In this document: one piece after another, positions 62,650 to 64,000 of the stretch
Numbering within the stretch: position 1 is the stretch's first letter
How the letters are laid out: each line of letters opens with the position of its first letter
NCBI GenBank assembly: GCA_964371595.1
Contig: CAYJNJ010000001.1
Coordinates: 46,408-110,407, forward strand
Direction: 5' to 3'
DNA: 64,000 bases
DNA from: an uncultured Bacteroidales bacterium
GTDB lineage: Bacteria; Bacteroidota; Bacteroidia; Bacteroidales; JAGOPY01
Notes under the pieces: model-generated
The model's database searches: none
Seen by the model: only the letters and a program-made list of their open reading frames with translations
Told to the model about the DNA's origin: nothing
Translations under genes and position numbers: made by a program

Positions 62650-63486
62650 ATGTTAAATCCTTTCAAGAAATCATATCCTTTCAATGAGGATTTAAAGCAT
62701 AATTCCAAAATAATATTTTTCATCAGCCTTGGTGTCCCACTGTTTTTATGGCTGTTGCAGCCGTTCGACATTGGCCTGCTTCCCGAGCGCGATAAATACT
62801 ATCTCATCATCGGATTCGGGGTCATTACATTTTTAGCATTAAGCCTGCATTTGCTATTCATTTCCAGCATGTTCCCGAAGGTCTTCACCTCTTCAAAATG
62901 GAATGTCTCCAAGGAAATATTCTGGAACTTATGGATACTGTTCACCATTTTAACAGGCTATTTCCTTTACACTAAATTCCTGGGTGTCCTTAAATTTGAT
63001 TTCAATATGGTGATCAAGCTGAGCCTGACTGCCGTCATACCTCTTACAGCCCTGATCATTATCAACCAGAACCGTATGCTCCGTTTCCGCCTGAAACGCG
63101 CTGACGAAATCAACAAAAAAATAAAGGACCACAGGCTTAGGCAGGAAGAAATCATCAATTTCCTTTCCGATTACCAGAAAGACAGCCTCGCGATAAAAGT
63201 CAGCCTGATACTGTTTATCCGCTCCGCTAATAATTATATAGATGTTTTCTGGAAGGAAGGTGATTCCGTTAAAAACCAGATGGTCAGGTGCAGTATGGCA
63301 TCGGCGGAAGATCTTTTGAAAGAGTATAAATTCATTGTTAAATGCCACCGGTCGTATATCGTAAATATCAGTCATATAGACCGTTTCGAGGGAAACTTGC
63401 AAGGCTATAAGCTTTACTATGATAAGATTGACTTCCCTATTCCCGTTTCAAAGAGTTTTGCAAGCCGTTTACAGGAATTGATATAA
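62650..63486 (+). CDS. membrane-anchored LytTR family DNA-binding protein
   Basis: It has four N-terminal TM helices and a C-terminal LytTR domain (IKVSLILFIRSANNYIDVFW...VKCHRSYIVNISHI). There is no receiver domain. Confidence 0.8.
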   Translation: MLNPFKKSYPFNEDLKHNSKIIFFISLGVPLFLWLLQPFDIGLLPERDKYYLIIGFGVITFLALSLHLLFISSMFPKVFTSSKWNVSKEIFWNLWILFTILTGYFLYTKFLGVLKFDFNMVIKLSLTAVIPLTALIIINQNRMLRFRLKRADEINKKIKDHRLRQEEIINFLSDYQKDSLAIKVSLILFIRSANNYIDVFWKEGDSVKNQMVRCSMASAEDLLKEYKFIVKCHRSYIVNISHIDRFEGNLQGYKLYYDKIDFPIPVSKSFASRLQELI

Positions 63487-63509
63487 AAGATCCGTTCCCC
63501 TCCTTTTCT

Positions 63510-63580
63510 TTCGTCCCTGAAAAGACGCTATTCGTCCCTAAAATCATTTTTCGTACCTAAATATTCTCCTTTAACCCTAA
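63510..63580 (+). promoter_or_regulatory. four phased direct repeats (TTCGTCCCT-like, 19-21 bp spacing); candidate LytTR binding array
   Basis: The copies are TTCGTCCCT at 63510, TTCGTCCCT at 63531, TTCGTACCT at 63550 and TTTAACCCT at 63570, each followed by an A-rich stretch. They lie between the LytTR gene and the next gene. Confidence 0.4.
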
Positions 63581-63634
63581 TATCCAAAAAAGGGGAAAGT
63601 AAGAGATAGTTTTGCGCAAAATTTATCATAAGAG

Positions 63635-64000
63635 ATGCAAAATTTGCAAATAGGCGACCTTACTGTTAAGCTTCCGATCATCCAGGGAGGAATGGGAGTA
63701 GCCGTATCATTATCAGGATTGGCCTCCGCCGTTGCCAATGCAGGGGGAATAGGTGTAATTTCAGCCGCCGGGATCGGAATGGGTGAGCCTGATTACATGA
63801 AGAATTTCCTCGAAGCCAACAAAAGGGCTTTGCGCTACCAGATCAGGAGGGCAAAGAGCCTGACCCATGGGGTACTTGGAGTGAATATCATGATGGCGCT
63901 GACTGATCATGAAGCCTTGATAAAGCTTGCTATTGAAGAAAGAATTGACATTATTATCATGGGCGCCGGCCTTCCAATGAATATCCCGGCATTGGTGGCC
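63635..64000 (+). CDS. nitronate monooxygenase / FabK-like enoyl-ACP reductase family protein (5' partial; continues beyond the window)
   Basis: The frame is open from the ATG at 63635 to the window end. The sequence LPIIQGGMGVAVSLSGLASAVANAGGIGVISAAG is typical of the NPD/FabK family. Confidence 0.75.
   Translation, partial: MQNLQIGDLTVKLPIIQGGMGVAVSLSGLASAVANAGGIGVISAAGIGMGEPDYMKNFLEANKRALRYQIRRAKSLTHGVLGVNIMMALTDHEALIKLAIEERIDIIIMGAGLPMNIPALVA

Noticed and set aside
1-64000. tRNA genes, rRNA genes, riboswitches, prophage genes and IS transposases
   Set aside because: I inspected all non-coding gaps longer than 70 bp. None shows a tRNA cloverleaf hallmark (such as GGTTCGAAT-type T-arms) or rRNA similarity. 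No transposase or phage structural protein appears in any frame. The only recombinase trace is the remnant at 45372-45560.

Overview
The window looks like a Bacteroidota chromosome segment. Supporting signs are T9SS C-terminal sorting domains, a fused CcoNO, DUF4492-cydAB, alternative complex III, a FISUMP domain and no obvious Shine-Dalgarno sites. It splits into three parts.

(1) 0-7 kb: housekeeping genes. These are an HI0933-type flavoprotein, ilvE, htpG and a LemA/TPM/TPM trio.

(2) 7-39.5 kb: a dense aerobic-respiration block, entirely on the + strand. In order it holds alternative complex III actABCDEF; the fused cytochrome c biogenesis gene ccsBA; the cbb3 oxidase set ccoI-ccoS-ccoNO-ccoQ-ccoP-ccoG-ccoH plus a TauE/DsbD_2-like membrane protein; a cytochrome c; DUF4920; an acyl-CoA synthetase; Sco; caa3 oxidase genes in the order coxI-coxIII-coxIV-coxII-ctaB; a MazEF-type toxin-antitoxin pair; and DUF4492-cydAB. 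Then come a 1222-aa BNR/PKD/T9SS surface protein and rsmE.

(3) about 44.3-58.3 kb: an accessory stretch, visibly AT-rich from about 45.5 to 56.7 kb. It holds a second MazEF pair, four 51-52 bp tandem repeats and a tyrosine-recombinase gene remnant with an internal deletion. These are followed by a co-directional run of small genes for secreted, lipoprotein or toxin-antitoxin products, separated by imperfect palindromes whose arms pair the way integron attC sites do (AAC...GTT). After that come ArsR/SRPBCC genes, an AraC-HMA regulator with copA, an XRE-pentapeptide protein and a FISUMP protein. The window ends with an APC permease, an SH3b-NlpC/P60 peptidase, an unknown 655-aa lipoprotein, a membrane LytTR regulator and the 5' end of a nitronate monooxygenase/FabK-like gene.

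The two most unusual observations are:
(a) the integron-like cassette array beside the decayed recombinase; and
(b) intergenic spacers built from 7-8 bp tandem 'word' arrays and inverted word arrays, present from 0.4 to 44.4 kb (inverted form also at 60.6 kb) and filling most spacers in the respiratory block. Several fill the whole distance from a stop codon to the next start codon, and the same words recur at different loci.

I found no rRNA genes, tRNA genes or CRISPR arrays.
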